DNA from: Minisyncoccota bacterium
Lineage (GTDB): Bacteria; Patescibacteriota; Minisyncoccia; Phycocordibacterales; JAACPR01
Length of the DNA: 45,487 nucleotides
Direction of reading: 5' to 3'
Assembly: GCA_035327525.1 (NCBI GenBank)
Contig: DAOLDC010000002.1
Location: 1 to 45,487, forward strand
Part shown: positions 1 to 8,397 of the stretch, piece by piece
Position numbering within the stretch: position 1 is the first letter of the stretch
Layout of the letters: each line of letters begins with the position of its first letter
Program-made: the position numbers and the translations under genes
The notes under the pieces: model-generated
Databases searched by the model: none
The model's input: the letters and a program-made list of their open reading frames with translations, nothing else
What the model was told of the DNA's origin: nothing

Positions 1-71
1 ACCCCGACTCCTTCGCTCATTTTCGCTTCGCTTCAATTCGCTCAGTCCGTCTTTCAAATCCTTTCTGCTTG

Positions 72-105
72 TAAAACAAAATCGCTGATTCCTAACGGAA
101 CCAGC
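72..105 (-). terminator. Intrinsic terminator downstream of tRNA-Tyr
   Basis: The minus-strand RNA forms GCUGGUUCC-GUUA-GGAAUCAGC (9 bp including one G-U; plus-strand 84-105). It is followed by GAUUUUGUUUU. Confidence 0.6.
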
Positions 106-118
106 TCCTTGTTTTATG

Positions 119-202
119 TGCGCAGAGAAGGATTTGAACCTTCGTAGCCCGTAGGGCGCCAGATTTACAGTCTGGTGCATTTGACCGCTCTGCCATCTGC
201 GC
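119..202 (-). tRNA. tRNA-Tyr (anticodon GTA), type II with long variable arm, no encoded CCA
   Basis: The reverse complement folds by hand: acceptor GCGCAGA/TCTGCGC, 3-bp D stem GCA/TGC, anticodon stem CCAGA/TCTGG with loop CTGTAAA. The variable arm is CGCCCTACGGGCTAC, the T arm is GAAGG-TTCAAAT-CCTTC, and the discriminator is A. Total length is 84 nt. Confidence 0.95.
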
Positions 203-238
203 AATGTAACCTATAATAACTTTAAAAATAAAAATTGT

Positions 239-274
239 CGAGATTACTGAGATTATCGAGATTGTCGCGACTTC
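239..274. repeat. Four tandem 9-bp units (CGAGATTAC / TGAGATTAT / CGAGATTGT / CGCGACTTC)
   Basis: Read directly in the intergenic region between tRNA-Tyr (minus) and the sortase gene (plus). The core GAGATT recurs with a 9-bp period. The fourth unit is degenerate. Confidence 0.5.
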
Positions 275-282
275 GTGTTTTG

Positions 283-291
283 TGTTAAAAT
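283..291 (+). promoter_or_regulatory. Extended -10 box TGtTAAAAT upstream of the sortase gene
   Basis: TG lies at 283-284 and TAAAAT at 286-291. This is 7 nt before the ATG at 299 and 1 nt before the ATG at 293. No SD sequence is present. Confidence 0.4.
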
Positions 292-292
292 T

Positions 293-934
293 ATGAAAAT
301 GAGCAAAATTTTCCATGACAAAAAAGACTTAATATATTTTTTGGGAATTTTTTCTGTAGTTTTTTTGATATCAATGTTTGTTTTTTCTGCCGTCGGATTG
401 GCACCTGATGGTTACCGACTAGTTGATTATTTGGAAAGAAATAACCCTATTCAGAATTATGCAGATGCAATTGACTATAGTAATGCGAGCACAAGTTCAT
501 CCGGTATTTATACCAGACCTGACAAAATTGTTATTAACAAAATCGGTGTGAATACGCAGATTTTGCAACCCAACACGCGTGATGTGGCAGAACTGGATCG
601 ATATTTGTTGCAGGGCGCGGTGCATTATCCCGGCTCAGGCTCTATCGAAAAGGGAAATATGTTTCTATTTGCCCATAGTACTGGTTTGCAATTTGTTCAG
701 AATCAGGCATTCAAAGCTTTTAATAATTTGAATAAATTGACCGTCGGAGATGAAATAGAAGTTACAGCTGACGGAAAAATTTATATTTATAAAGTAAAAA
801 CTGTAAAACTAGCTGACGAAAATTCCGCACTAGTGCGTTTTGATAACAACAAAAGGATGCTGACATTGTCGACTTGTAATACTTTTGGTGCAAAACAAGA
901 ACGCTGGGTTGTCGAAGCGGAATTTTATCGATAA
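293..934 (+). CDS. Sortase family transpeptidase (N-terminal membrane anchor)
   Basis: An N-terminal hydrophobic helix is followed by a conserved His in LFAHS. The catalytic TLxTC-type motif reads MLTLSTCN, and a conserved Arg sits near the C-terminus (RWVVEAEF). The start is ambiguous between ATG 293 and ATG 299; the track start at 275 is less likely. Confidence 0.85.
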   Translation: MKMSKIFHDKKDLIYFLGIFSVVFLISMFVFSAVGLAPDGYRLVDYLERNNPIQNYADAIDYSNASTSSSGIYTRPDKIVINKIGVNTQILQPNTRDVAELDRYLLQGAVHYPGSGSIEKGNMFLFAHSTGLQFVQNQAFKAFNNLNKLTVGDEIEVTADGKIYIYKVKTVKLADENSALVRFDNNKRMLTLSTCNTFGAKQERWVVEAEFYR

Positions 935-954
935 TTTTTTCGCTTCAATTCGTT

Positions 955-2691
955 TTACCTCAACTCACTAATTAATTTTACCTCATTAAATACTCCCAAA
1001 TTTCCACGATCACGACTTTCTAGAGTGTAATTATTTTCAGCAATTTCTTTGTCACCAATTACAACAAAATAGGGAACTTTTTCTACTTTTGCTTTACGAA
1101 TTTTTTTACCAAATCCTTCATCAGAATTTTCTAATTCAACTCGAATTCCTTTTTGTTTTAGTGATTTATACAATTCTTGCGCTTTCTGATTATGAGATTC
1201 TGCGACTGGAATTATTTTCAACTGAACAGGGCACAACCAATATGGAAAATTTCCAGCAAAATGCTCAATTAGAATTGCCAAAAATCTCTCATATGATCCC
1301 AGAATTGCTCGGTGAATCATAACTGGTGTCTTTTTTTGACCATCTCTATCTGTGTATTCCAGTTCAAATCTGGCTGGCATATTGAAGTCCAATTGAATTG
1401 TTGCCAACTGTCGCTCTCTGTCTAATGAATCTTTGAACATAAAGTCCAGTTTTGGTCCATAAATCGCAGCTTCACCTTCGACAACTTTTGCATTCAATTT
1501 TAATTCATCAGAAATTTCTGCCAGCATTTTTTCTGCTTTATCCCATGTTTCTGTTGTACCAATATATTTTTCTGGATGCTTCAGATCTCTGATAGATAAT
1601 GAAACCCAGTGATTTCCGTACAGACCAATATCTGTATAAAATTCTTCAATTATTTTTACGATATTTCCAACCTCCTCTTTTATTTGATCTGGAGTACAAA
1701 AAATATGACCATCATCACAAGTTATTGCTCGAACACGTGTCAAACCGCCGATTTCACCCGGCTTTTCGTCGCGATACTGCATTGTTGACTCCATCAGCCG
1801 AACCGGCAAATCTCTATAACTACGAGGAATAGAGGCATAAATCTGGGTATGATGAGGACAATTCACTGGCTTCAAGACAAAATCGTCATAATGACTAACA
1901 ACTTTCATCAATTCATCGGCAAATTTTTCGGCATGACCAGATTTTTCATACAGCTTTATTTTTGCAAGATGAGGAATTGTAACTTCTTGCATATCATAGC
2001 GACTACTGATTTCGAACAATCTGTTTTTTAGCGCGTTTCTAATTGCGGTCCCTTTTGGGGTGAACATCGGCAATCCAGATCCAACCAAATCAGAAAAAGT
2101 AAACAAATTCATTTCTTTGCCAATTTTGCGATGATCGCGTTGTGCCGCTTCTAGTATTTTTTTGTTATAATTATCCAATTCCTTTGCTGTTTCAAATGCA
2201 ACACCATAAATCCTAGTTAGCATTTTGTTTTTTTCATCACCACGCCAATATGCGCCAGCGGTATTTATAATTGCAAAAGCATCTGTGTTTATCTCGGAAG
2301 TGTCATTTATGTGTGGACCAGAACATAGATCGACAAAATCACCTGTTTTATAGATTGATAATTTTTCTCCATTTTTTACCAAGTCGTTTATCAATTCGAT
2401 TTTGTACGGATTTTCAGCAAACATTTTTTGCGCATCATCTGGAGAAATTTCTGCACGTTCAAAAGTCAATTTTTTATTTGTAGATTTCTTTATACCTTTT
2501 TGAAATTCTCTTAGGTTTTTGTCTGTTGGAATTTTTCCTTCACTAAAATCAATATCATAGTAAAAACCATTTTCTATAACTGGACCGATTGCCAATTTTG
2601 CCTGTGGATCAAATTTCAAAACTTCTATTGCTAATAAATGGGCAAGTGAATGCCTGATTTTGTAAATCTGCGATTCTTTTTCATCTTTCAT
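955..2691 (-). CDS. thrS: Threonyl-tRNA synthetase without the N-terminal TGS domain
   Basis: The protein begins in the editing/SAD region (IRHSLAHLL HxxxH motif; DLCSGPH). Class II core motifs and an anticodon-binding domain follow. The ATG at 2691 is preferred; the track TTG start at 2718 is an alternative. Confidence 0.93.
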   Translation of the reverse strand: MKDEKESQIYKIRHSLAHLLAIEVLKFDPQAKLAIGPVIENGFYYDIDFSEGKIPTDKNLREFQKGIKKSTNKKLTFERAEISPDDAQKMFAENPYKIELINDLVKNGEKLSIYKTGDFVDLCSGPHINDTSEINTDAFAIINTAGAYWRGDEKNKMLTRIYGVAFETAKELDNYNKKILEAAQRDHRKIGKEMNLFTFSDLVGSGLPMFTPKGTAIRNALKNRLFEISSRYDMQEVTIPHLAKIKLYEKSGHAEKFADELMKVVSHYDDFVLKPVNCPHHTQIYASIPRSYRDLPVRLMESTMQYRDEKPGEIGGLTRVRAITCDDGHIFCTPDQIKEEVGNIVKIIEEFYTDIGLYGNHWVSLSIRDLKHPEKYIGTTETWDKAEKMLAEISDELKLNAKVVEGEAAIYGPKLDFMFKDSLDRERQLATIQLDFNMPARFELEYTDRDGQKKTPVMIHRAILGSYERFLAILIEHFAGNFPYWLCPVQLKIIPVAESHNQKAQELYKSLKQKGIRVELENSDEGFGKKIRKAKVEKVPYFVVIGDKEIAENNYTLESRDRGNLGVFNEVKLISELR

Positions 2692-2829
2692 ATAAGCTAG
2701 ATTATGCCTTAAAGTCAAGAATAAGTAAACTTTTTTTATTTGACAAAACCTCTACAGTATTCCAATATACAGTTAGAACAGTAACAAACGAAGGTACGCC
2801 TTCAAAAAACTGAAAGGTAGGATACGGGT

Positions 2830-3477
2830 ATGCCCAGTATAGTAAGAGAAATGTTCATTGAAAAAAGAAATTTGACGATCGAAAGATGGGTAGATTTGTT
2901 GGTCTCTCGCCGAAAACAAATTACACAATTCTTTGACTCATTCACACTACCTGAGTTAGGAAGTTTTCGATCACCTCGTGATGACGACAGGGAAATTTAT
3001 GATTTAAATCATGACAACCCTGGATTCTGGGGAGATTTATTTCTAATCAAAAATGGCGACGGATTGTTCAAAGACATTCAGGGTATTTTTGGCGAGCAAC
3101 CAGTTTCTCGCATTAAAATATTTGATCCACTGACAAAAAGTATTGTCACGGGACCGCTTGATTGGTCAAAGAATTATACAGGCGTAAAATATCTCTGGGG
3201 GATAACAAGATCAGCACAGTGGGTGTTGGTGAAAGTGGATTTTGATCTTGAAAAACTCCATGGTTACTGCCGTGAACGTGCTACACGAGTAGAAGTCAAA
3301 GGATCAAATCCTGGGGAAATTCTGGAAATTACCGGAACAAATCCTCTCGATATATGGATGACCATGGGTCGACAAGTTGATGATTGGACTAATCGTAGGT
3401 TCAGTCAATATTCGGAGATCAAGCGTCTGCAGAATGAAATGAATTTTGATAATCAGATTGTCATAAATTCAATCTAA
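2830..3477 (+). CDS. Hypothetical protein, 215 aa, no recognisable domain
   Basis: This is a long ORF with an SD-like AGGTAGGA upstream and its own terminator downstream. Two 60-nt lines I hand-counted give about 38-42% GC, versus roughly one third for the neighbours. Confidence 0.65.
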   Translation: MPSIVREMFIEKRNLTIERWVDLLVSRRKQITQFFDSFTLPELGSFRSPRDDDREIYDLNHDNPGFWGDLFLIKNGDGLFKDIQGIFGEQPVSRIKIFDPLTKSIVTGPLDWSKNYTGVKYLWGITRSAQWVLVKVDFDLEKLHGYCRERATRVEVKGSNPGEILEITGTNPLDIWMTMGRQVDDWTNRRFSQYSEIKRLQNEMNFDNQIVINSI

Positions 3478-3499
3478 CCACTTATGTAAATTATTGCTT

Positions 3500-3534
3500 G
3501 CCTCAAGGACTCACACCCCTTGAGGCATTTTTTA
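3500..3534 (+). terminator. Intrinsic terminator after the 215-aa ORF
   Basis: Stem GCCTCAAGG (3500-3508) pairs with CCTTGAGGC (3518-3526) around a 9-nt loop. ATTTTTTAT follows. Confidence 0.7.
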
Positions 3535-4089
3535 TTTCAAAACTATTTGGAGCAATTCTGGAAATTCATTTGTTCCCATGTCGCCGTGGGTAAAGTGTCC
3601 TTTGTCCTTAAAAATTACCGTTTCAGCATTTGGAATTTTGCTTTTTAAAATATCAAAACTAGTTTGAATTTCATCAAAATCATCTTGTGAATGCAAAATA
3701 TAAATTTTATCAACTTTTCCTTCCAAATTAATTTGAAAATCAAAAAAATCTCCAATTTCTTTTTTTGGATCAATCCATGGTGCTACTAGAATTAATTTTG
3801 AGACACGAATATTATTTTCTGAAAGAAATCTTACCCAAAATCCAGCCCCACAGCTATGACCAACCAATATTGTGTCAGAATTTATTCTGAACTGAGAAAT
3901 TGTATCTAACCAATCAGAAAAAACTGGTGCAAATGGTTTGGGCATTGAAGGAATTTGAGTCAAAATATCCCTGACCATTAATTGTTGATGAAGCCACGGA
4001 AGCCAATGAGAAAATATTTGTGAGTTTCGGTCACTATTATAAAAACTTTTCTTTTCAGGCATCCCATGCAGAATTATTGCGTTTTTCAT
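3532..4089 (-). CDS. Alpha/beta serine hydrolase, RBBP9/YdeN-like
   Basis: The size is about 185 aa. An ILHG N-terminal strand is followed by the nucleophile elbow VGHSCG, then a late Asp (HSQDD) and a GHF His motif. This architecture is typical of the YdeN/Ser_hydrolase family. Confidence 0.75.
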   Translation of the reverse strand: MKNAIILHGMPEKKSFYNSDRNSQIFSHWLPWLHQQLMVRDILTQIPSMPKPFAPVFSDWLDTISQFRINSDTILVGHSCGAGFWVRFLSENNIRVSKLILVAPWIDPKKEIGDFFDFQINLEGKVDKIYILHSQDDFDEIQTSFDILKSKIPNAETVIFKDKGHFTHGDMGTNEFPELLQIVLK

Positions 4090-4095
4090 TTTTAT

Positions 4096-4101
4096 ATTAT
4101 A
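4096..4101 (-). promoter_or_regulatory. TATAAT box 6 nt upstream of the hydrolase ATG
   Basis: The minus strand reads GCTATAAT-ATAAAA-ATG in the 21-nt gap after the dnaE stop. No SD sequence is present. Confidence 0.35.
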
Positions 4102-4110
4102 GCAAAGATT

Positions 4111-7100
4111 TCACAACTCCTTAATTTTTTCAGCCATAACCGATAATTCGCCACCTTTGTCAGACAAACGACCTTTTATGGCAATACATTTCTGTGGAAT
4201 CAAAATATCTTTGTTTTCAATATAGATTTTTGGAAAAATTACAATTTCGATTTTGTCCTTCAAGTCACTGATTTTTAGAAATGCCATTTCGTCACCTTTT
4301 TTTGTCCTAATTATTTTTAATTCATCAACATGTCCTGCAACAACCGTCATCATACCGTTTTTGAGACGCGATTTTACATCGGTAATTGATAAGATTTTTT
4401 CTAATTTTTCCTTGAACTTTTCTAGTGGATGACCTGATATATATAATCCGAGCAACTCTTTTTCCCACGCCAATTTCTGAGCATCACTAATTGGCTCAGC
4501 TGGTTTTAATTTGAGCCGCGGCATTGATATTGTTTCATTTGAAAAAAGGGAAGCCTGGTCGTTCGAATTCTTTAACGACTCTTTTGAGTATGACAAAATA
4601 TCCTCCAAATTGTGTAACATTTCTGCTCGACTACCAAAATTATCCATAGCACCAGATTTTATTAACGCCTCCATGGATTTTTTATTCAAATTTCTATCAT
4701 TAATTCTCTGCAAAAAATCCTCCAGTGATGCAAAATTTCCGCCACGCTTTCTCTCACTTATTATTGTGTTAGCAATTCCTTCACCAAAGTTTTTTATAGT
4801 AGTCAGTCCAAAACGAATTTTTTCACCAACAACAGTAAAATCGCCAAAACTCTCATTGATGTCTGGTGGCAAAACATCTATACCCATCCTTTTGCACTCA
4901 TCAACCATTTCAAAGATTTTGTCTACATCACCAGAATCCGCTGACAAAACTGATGCCATATACAGAACTGGATAATTGGCCTTCAGATAGGATGTCAAAT
5001 ATGCGATTCGTCCGTAGCTGGCGGCGTGTGCTTTGTTGAAACCGTATGCGGCAAAAGTTTCTATAGATTCCCATAGTTTTGTCGTCTGATTTTCGGAAAG
5101 TCCTGCAACTTTTTGACAACCAGTTGTGAATTTTTCTCTTTGAGCTGCCATAACTTCTGGGATTTTTTTTCCCATGGCTTTTCGAAATTTGTCAGCTTCA
5201 CCCCAAGAATAGCCAGCAAATTTTACCGCAATCATCATAATATCATCCTGATAAATCAAAATTCCAAAAGTTGGTTCTAATATTTCCTTGAACCTGTCGT
5301 CCAAGTATTTTACTTTTCCGGGATTGTGTTTTCGCTCGATATAATCTGGAATAAAAGCCATCGGACCCGGACGATATAATGCGACCATCGCATTGATGTC
5401 ATTTATATTTGTTGGTTTCAAATCTTTCAAGAATTTCGTCATACCCTGACCGTTCAATTGAAATGTTGCAGCTGTTTCGCCACGCGCCAACATTTCGTAA
5501 GTTTTTTTGTCATCATCAGAGACTTTGTCCAAATCGATTTTTGTATTATGAATTTTTTCGACAAGTTTGAGAGTGTTGGCCATTATGGTTAGATTTTTTA
5601 ATCCTAGAAAATCAAATTTCAATAATCCGATTCCGTCTTCACCAACAGAATACATATCGTATTGTGTAATCAATTTTCCTTCGCCTTTTGGATCAAATTG
5701 TAGTGGAACATCCTCGTCGAGTGGATCTGGCGAAATAACAACCCCTGCGGCATGAACACCGATATGTCTGGCACAACCCTCGATTTTTTTTGCCATATCT
5801 ATTATTTTTTTTGCGTCGGATTCTTTTTTGTAAATAGTGTTCAATTCTGGAACCTCATCCAGCGCTCTATCGATTGTCATCGGAAAACCCTGTTTACCCA
5901 TTGGAATTAACTTTGAAATTCTATCACCGACAGAATATTCATAACCCAACGCTCGAGCAACATCTCTCACAGCACCACGCGCCATCATTGTTCCAAAAGT
6001 ACCTATTTGTGCCACATGATCCTTTCCGTATTTTTCCCTAACATAATCAATCAATTCATCACGCCTATCGTCTGCAAGGTCCATATCAATATCGGGTGCA
6101 GAAGGTCGCTCTGGATTCAAAAATCTTTCGAATGGTAAATTTAGTTTGATAGGATCGACAGTTGTTATTCCAACAAGATATGAAACCAGCGATCCAGCAG
6201 CAGAACCTCTAGTGTTTGATAAAATTTTCTTTTCTCGGGCTGCTTTTAACATATCAGCCACAGCCAAAAAATATTTTGAATAACCTTTTGTTTTTATAAT
6301 CTCCAGCTCGTAATTAATTCGATCTTCAATCTCGACAGTTTTTTTTAATTCACGGAAATCTAATCCCAAGTATGCCAAACGACGTAACTCATCATCTGCG
6401 CTCATACCGTTTTCGATTTTGTAGTCCGGAAATTTCCATTTTCCTATTTCTATTTCTAGATTACACATATCCGCGATTTTTTTTGTATTCTCGATTGCTT
6501 CCGGCTCGTTCTTGAATAATTCATTTATTTCAGCCTGATCAATAAAGGAAAAGTCCGCATCATCACGTGCAAAAGCCGAATCGTTACCGAAGCTGGATTG
6601 AATCGAAAGTAGAGTTCGGCGCGCCTCCTTGTCATCCTTATTCATGTAATAAATATCCTGCGTTGCTACAAGAGGAAAATTATTTTCAGTCGAAAATTTC
6701 TTGATTTTTTTTGTAAGTTCTGCAAAATCCTCAATTTCTGGATGATGACATAATTCGATAAAAAAATTCTCAGCGCCGAAATTGCTAATATAAAAATCTG
6801 CAATTTTTTTTGCTTTATCAAAATCACTAACTCGTAGCGCATTAGAAATTTCACCACCAAATGCTGGTGCAATACAAATCAAATCACTTGAATATTTTTC
6901 TATAAGTTCCTTGTCGATTCGAGGTTTGTAATAAAATCCCTCCAAATGCGAATCGGTAACTAGCTTTATCAAATTTTTGTAGCCACTTTTGTTTTTTGCC
7001 AAAAGAACAAGTCGTGCGCGTTGATTATCAATTCGAGCCTCCTTGTCGTGCCTTGTTCTGTTTGAAACATAGAAATCTACACCGATAATTGGTTTTATTC

Positions 7101-7278
7101 CAGCATCGATACATTTTTCATAAAACTGAATTGCACCGTACAAATTGCCGTTATCTGTTAGTGCGATTGCTGGCATTTCTAATTTTTTTGCCTTATTTAT
7201 CAAATTGTCAATTTTTGGCAAAGCATTAAGTAGACTATAATGACTGTGAGTGTGGAGATGAACAAAATCTGATTTCAT
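4111..7278 (-). CDS. dnaE: DNA polymerase III alpha subunit
   Basis: The N-terminal PHP domain reads FVHLHTHSHYSLLNA. A polymerase core follows (GxxRGSAAGSLV, PDIDMD), and an OB-fold lies near the C-terminus. Length is 1055 aa. Confidence 0.97.
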   Translation of the reverse strand: MKSDFVHLHTHSHYSLLNALPKIDNLINKAKKLEMPAIALTDNGNLYGAIQFYEKCIDAGIKPIIGVDFYVSNRTRHDKEARIDNQRARLVLLAKNKSGYKNLIKLVTDSHLEGFYYKPRIDKELIEKYSSDLICIAPAFGGEISNALRVSDFDKAKKIADFYISNFGAENFFIELCHHPEIEDFAELTKKIKKFSTENNFPLVATQDIYYMNKDDKEARRTLLSIQSSFGNDSAFARDDADFSFIDQAEINELFKNEPEAIENTKKIADMCNLEIEIGKWKFPDYKIENGMSADDELRRLAYLGLDFRELKKTVEIEDRINYELEIIKTKGYSKYFLAVADMLKAAREKKILSNTRGSAAGSLVSYLVGITTVDPIKLNLPFERFLNPERPSAPDIDMDLADDRRDELIDYVREKYGKDHVAQIGTFGTMMARGAVRDVARALGYEYSVGDRISKLIPMGKQGFPMTIDRALDEVPELNTIYKKESDAKKIIDMAKKIEGCARHIGVHAAGVVISPDPLDEDVPLQFDPKGEGKLITQYDMYSVGEDGIGLLKFDFLGLKNLTIMANTLKLVEKIHNTKIDLDKVSDDDKKTYEMLARGETAATFQLNGQGMTKFLKDLKPTNINDINAMVALYRPGPMAFIPDYIERKHNPGKVKYLDDRFKEILEPTFGILIYQDDIMMIAVKFAGYSWGEADKFRKAMGKKIPEVMAAQREKFTTGCQKVAGLSENQTTKLWESIETFAAYGFNKAHAASYGRIAYLTSYLKANYPVLYMASVLSADSGDVDKIFEMVDECKRMGIDVLPPDINESFGDFTVVGEKIRFGLTTIKNFGEGIANTIISERKRGGNFASLEDFLQRINDRNLNKKSMEALIKSGAMDNFGSRAEMLHNLEDILSYSKESLKNSNDQASLFSNETISMPRLKLKPAEPISDAQKLAWEKELLGLYISGHPLEKFKEKLEKILSITDVKSRLKNGMMTVVAGHVDELKIIRTKKGDEMAFLKISDLKDKIEIVIFPKIYIENKDILIPQKCIAIKGRLSDKGGELSVMAEKIKEL

Positions 7279-7285
7279 GTTTGCT

Positions 7286-7314
7286 ATTATAGATGAGATG
7301 ATGATATATGAAAA
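7286..7314 (-). promoter_or_regulatory. Putative dnaE promoter (-35 TTTTCA, -10 TATAAT) placing the TSS at or near the ATG
   Basis: On the minus strand, TATAAT (7291..7286) is followed by 7 nt (AGCAAAC) and then the ATG at 7278. TTTTCA lies 17 nt upstream. Confidence 0.45.
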
Positions 7315-7347
7315 GAGGATAATTAATCTATAAATTTTTTAGAATAA

Positions 7348-7992
7348 ATGAAAAAAGTAAAATTTCAAAAAACAAATATCAAAAAACCGCAAAATAATTT
7401 TGTGGTCGGAATAGATGAAGTTGGGCGTGGACCATTGGCTGGGCCAGTATATGTTTGTGGAGTTTTGATGACCACATCACAATACAAAAAAATAATGAAA
7501 TCAAAAATAATTTTTAATTTGCGTGATTCAAAAAAACTATCAGAAAAACAGCGTGAGATGTGGTTTGAAAATATTTTATTATGGCAAAAAGAGGGTTTGT
7601 TGGATTTTGTTTGTTTCAATCAAACCGCAGATTCTATAGACAAAAATGGTATAAGTTTTTGTATTAGGAAATGTATTTACAAAATTTTGCGCAAATTAGA
7701 GGTGGCTAACAACTCACAGATATTATTGGACGGATCATTATTTGCTCCAAAAAATTTCCATAATCAGACTACAATTATAAAAGGTGATGAAAAAGTGCCA
7801 ATAATATCTCTAGCATCAATTATTGCAAAAGTAACTCGTGATAAATATATGATAAACATTTCAAAAAAATTTTTTAAATATAATTTTGAAACCAATAAGG
7901 GTTACGGAACCGCAAAACATTGTGCTGCAATAAAAAAATACGGCATAAGCAAAATTCACCGAAAAAGTTTTTGTTCAAATCTAATAATGTAA
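7348..7992 (+). CDS. rnhB: Ribonuclease HII
   Basis: The GIDEVGRGPLAGPV motif and an overall RNase HII layout with a short basic N-terminal extension. Confidence 0.93.
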   Translation: MKKVKFQKTNIKKPQNNFVVGIDEVGRGPLAGPVYVCGVLMTTSQYKKIMKSKIIFNLRDSKKLSEKQREMWFENILLWQKEGLLDFVCFNQTADSIDKNGISFCIRKCIYKILRKLEVANNSQILLDGSLFAPKNFHNQTTIIKGDEKVPIISLASIIAKVTRDKYMINISKKFFKYNFETNKGYGTAKHCAAIKKYGISKIHRKSFCSNLIM

Positions 7993-8021
7993 ACAAAACT
8001 ATTTACTGTCAAAATATCAAT

Positions 8022-8049
8022 TTGCACTTTTTTGTGCTTGTGATATTAT
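8022..8049 (+). promoter_or_regulatory. Putative rpmF promoter (-35 TTGCAC, 16 nt, -10 TATTAT)
   Basis: Hexamers were read directly. The -10 box ends 9 nt before the ATG at 8059, and there is no SD sequence. Confidence 0.45.
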
Positions 8050-8058
8050 GTCTGGATT

Positions 8059-8298
8059 ATGGTAGTACGAATGCGACATACAAGGTCTCAGGTTGGACAA
8101 AACCGAGCCCACAAAAAATTATCAAAACCATCATTAACACGTGATCAGAATGGTGCTATTTCTATTCGCCACAGAGTATCAGCGGTGACTGGAATGTACA
8201 AAGGGAGACAAGTTATAGATGTAAACAAAAAACTAATAAAAAAAGCAAAAAAGAACCAGCCTACATCTAGCGAGAAGCCGTCAGCAGAAAAGAAATAA
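8059..8298 (+). CDS. rpmF: 50S ribosomal protein L32 with Lys-rich C-terminal tail
   Basis: An N-terminal RMRHTRSQVGQNRAH segment, typical of L32, is followed by a basic tail. Confidence 0.85.
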   Translation: MVVRMRHTRSQVGQNRAHKKLSKPSLTRDQNGAISIRHRVSAVTGMYKGRQVIDVNKKLIKKAKKNQPTSSEKPSAEKK

Positions 8299-8306
8299 CA
8301 AATATA

Positions 8307-8340
8307 AAAAGCGCTAAACCAAATAGCGCTTTTGCTTTTA
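8307..8340 (+). terminator. Intrinsic terminator after rpmF
   Basis: AAAAGCGCT (8307-8315) pairs with AGCGCTTTT (8325-8333) around a 9-nt loop. A T-rich tract follows. Confidence 0.7.
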
Positions 8341-8350
8341 TTTTCTATAT

Positions 8351-8359
8351 TGTTATAAT
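8351..8359 (+). promoter_or_regulatory. Perfect extended -10 box TGTTATAAT upstream of nusB
   Basis: Read directly. It ends 38 nt upstream of the ATG at 8398. Confidence 0.5.
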
Positions 8360-8397
8360 ACAAAAAGTATTTCTTTAAATTAATAAATAATTATTTT

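Noticed and set aside
92-316. A 74-aa minus-strand ORF from the track.
   Set aside because: It runs straight through the tRNA-Tyr gene (119-202) and the AT-rich promoter region. It has no coding signal and is almost certainly spurious.
26-953. The 13-mer TCGCTTCAATTCG occurs near positions 32-44 and again near 941-953, flanking tRNA-Tyr plus the sortase. This could be an att-like direct repeat of an island.
   Set aside because: A rough estimate gives several exact 13-mer pairs expected by chance in a 45-kb AT-biased window. No integrase or other mobility gene is present, and the GC content of the sortase region is not unusual.
2719-2829. A possible T-box or other riboswitch leader upstream of thrS, and similarly upstream of hisS at 34087-34136.
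   Set aside because: The intergenic regions are only 111 nt and 50 nt and are shared with divergent promoters, which is too short for a T-box. I saw no specifier or T-box sequence.
4511-4975. Antisense ORFs of 60-180 aa inside large genes, for example 4511-4975 in dnaE, 26348-26881 across dnaG/rpoD, 39326-39730 in the AK-like gene and 41679-42044 in uvrA.
   Set aside because: Each lies opposite a confidently identified conserved CDS. Their translations are low complexity or Ser/Phe/Leu/Ile-rich with no motifs, as expected for shadow ORFs.
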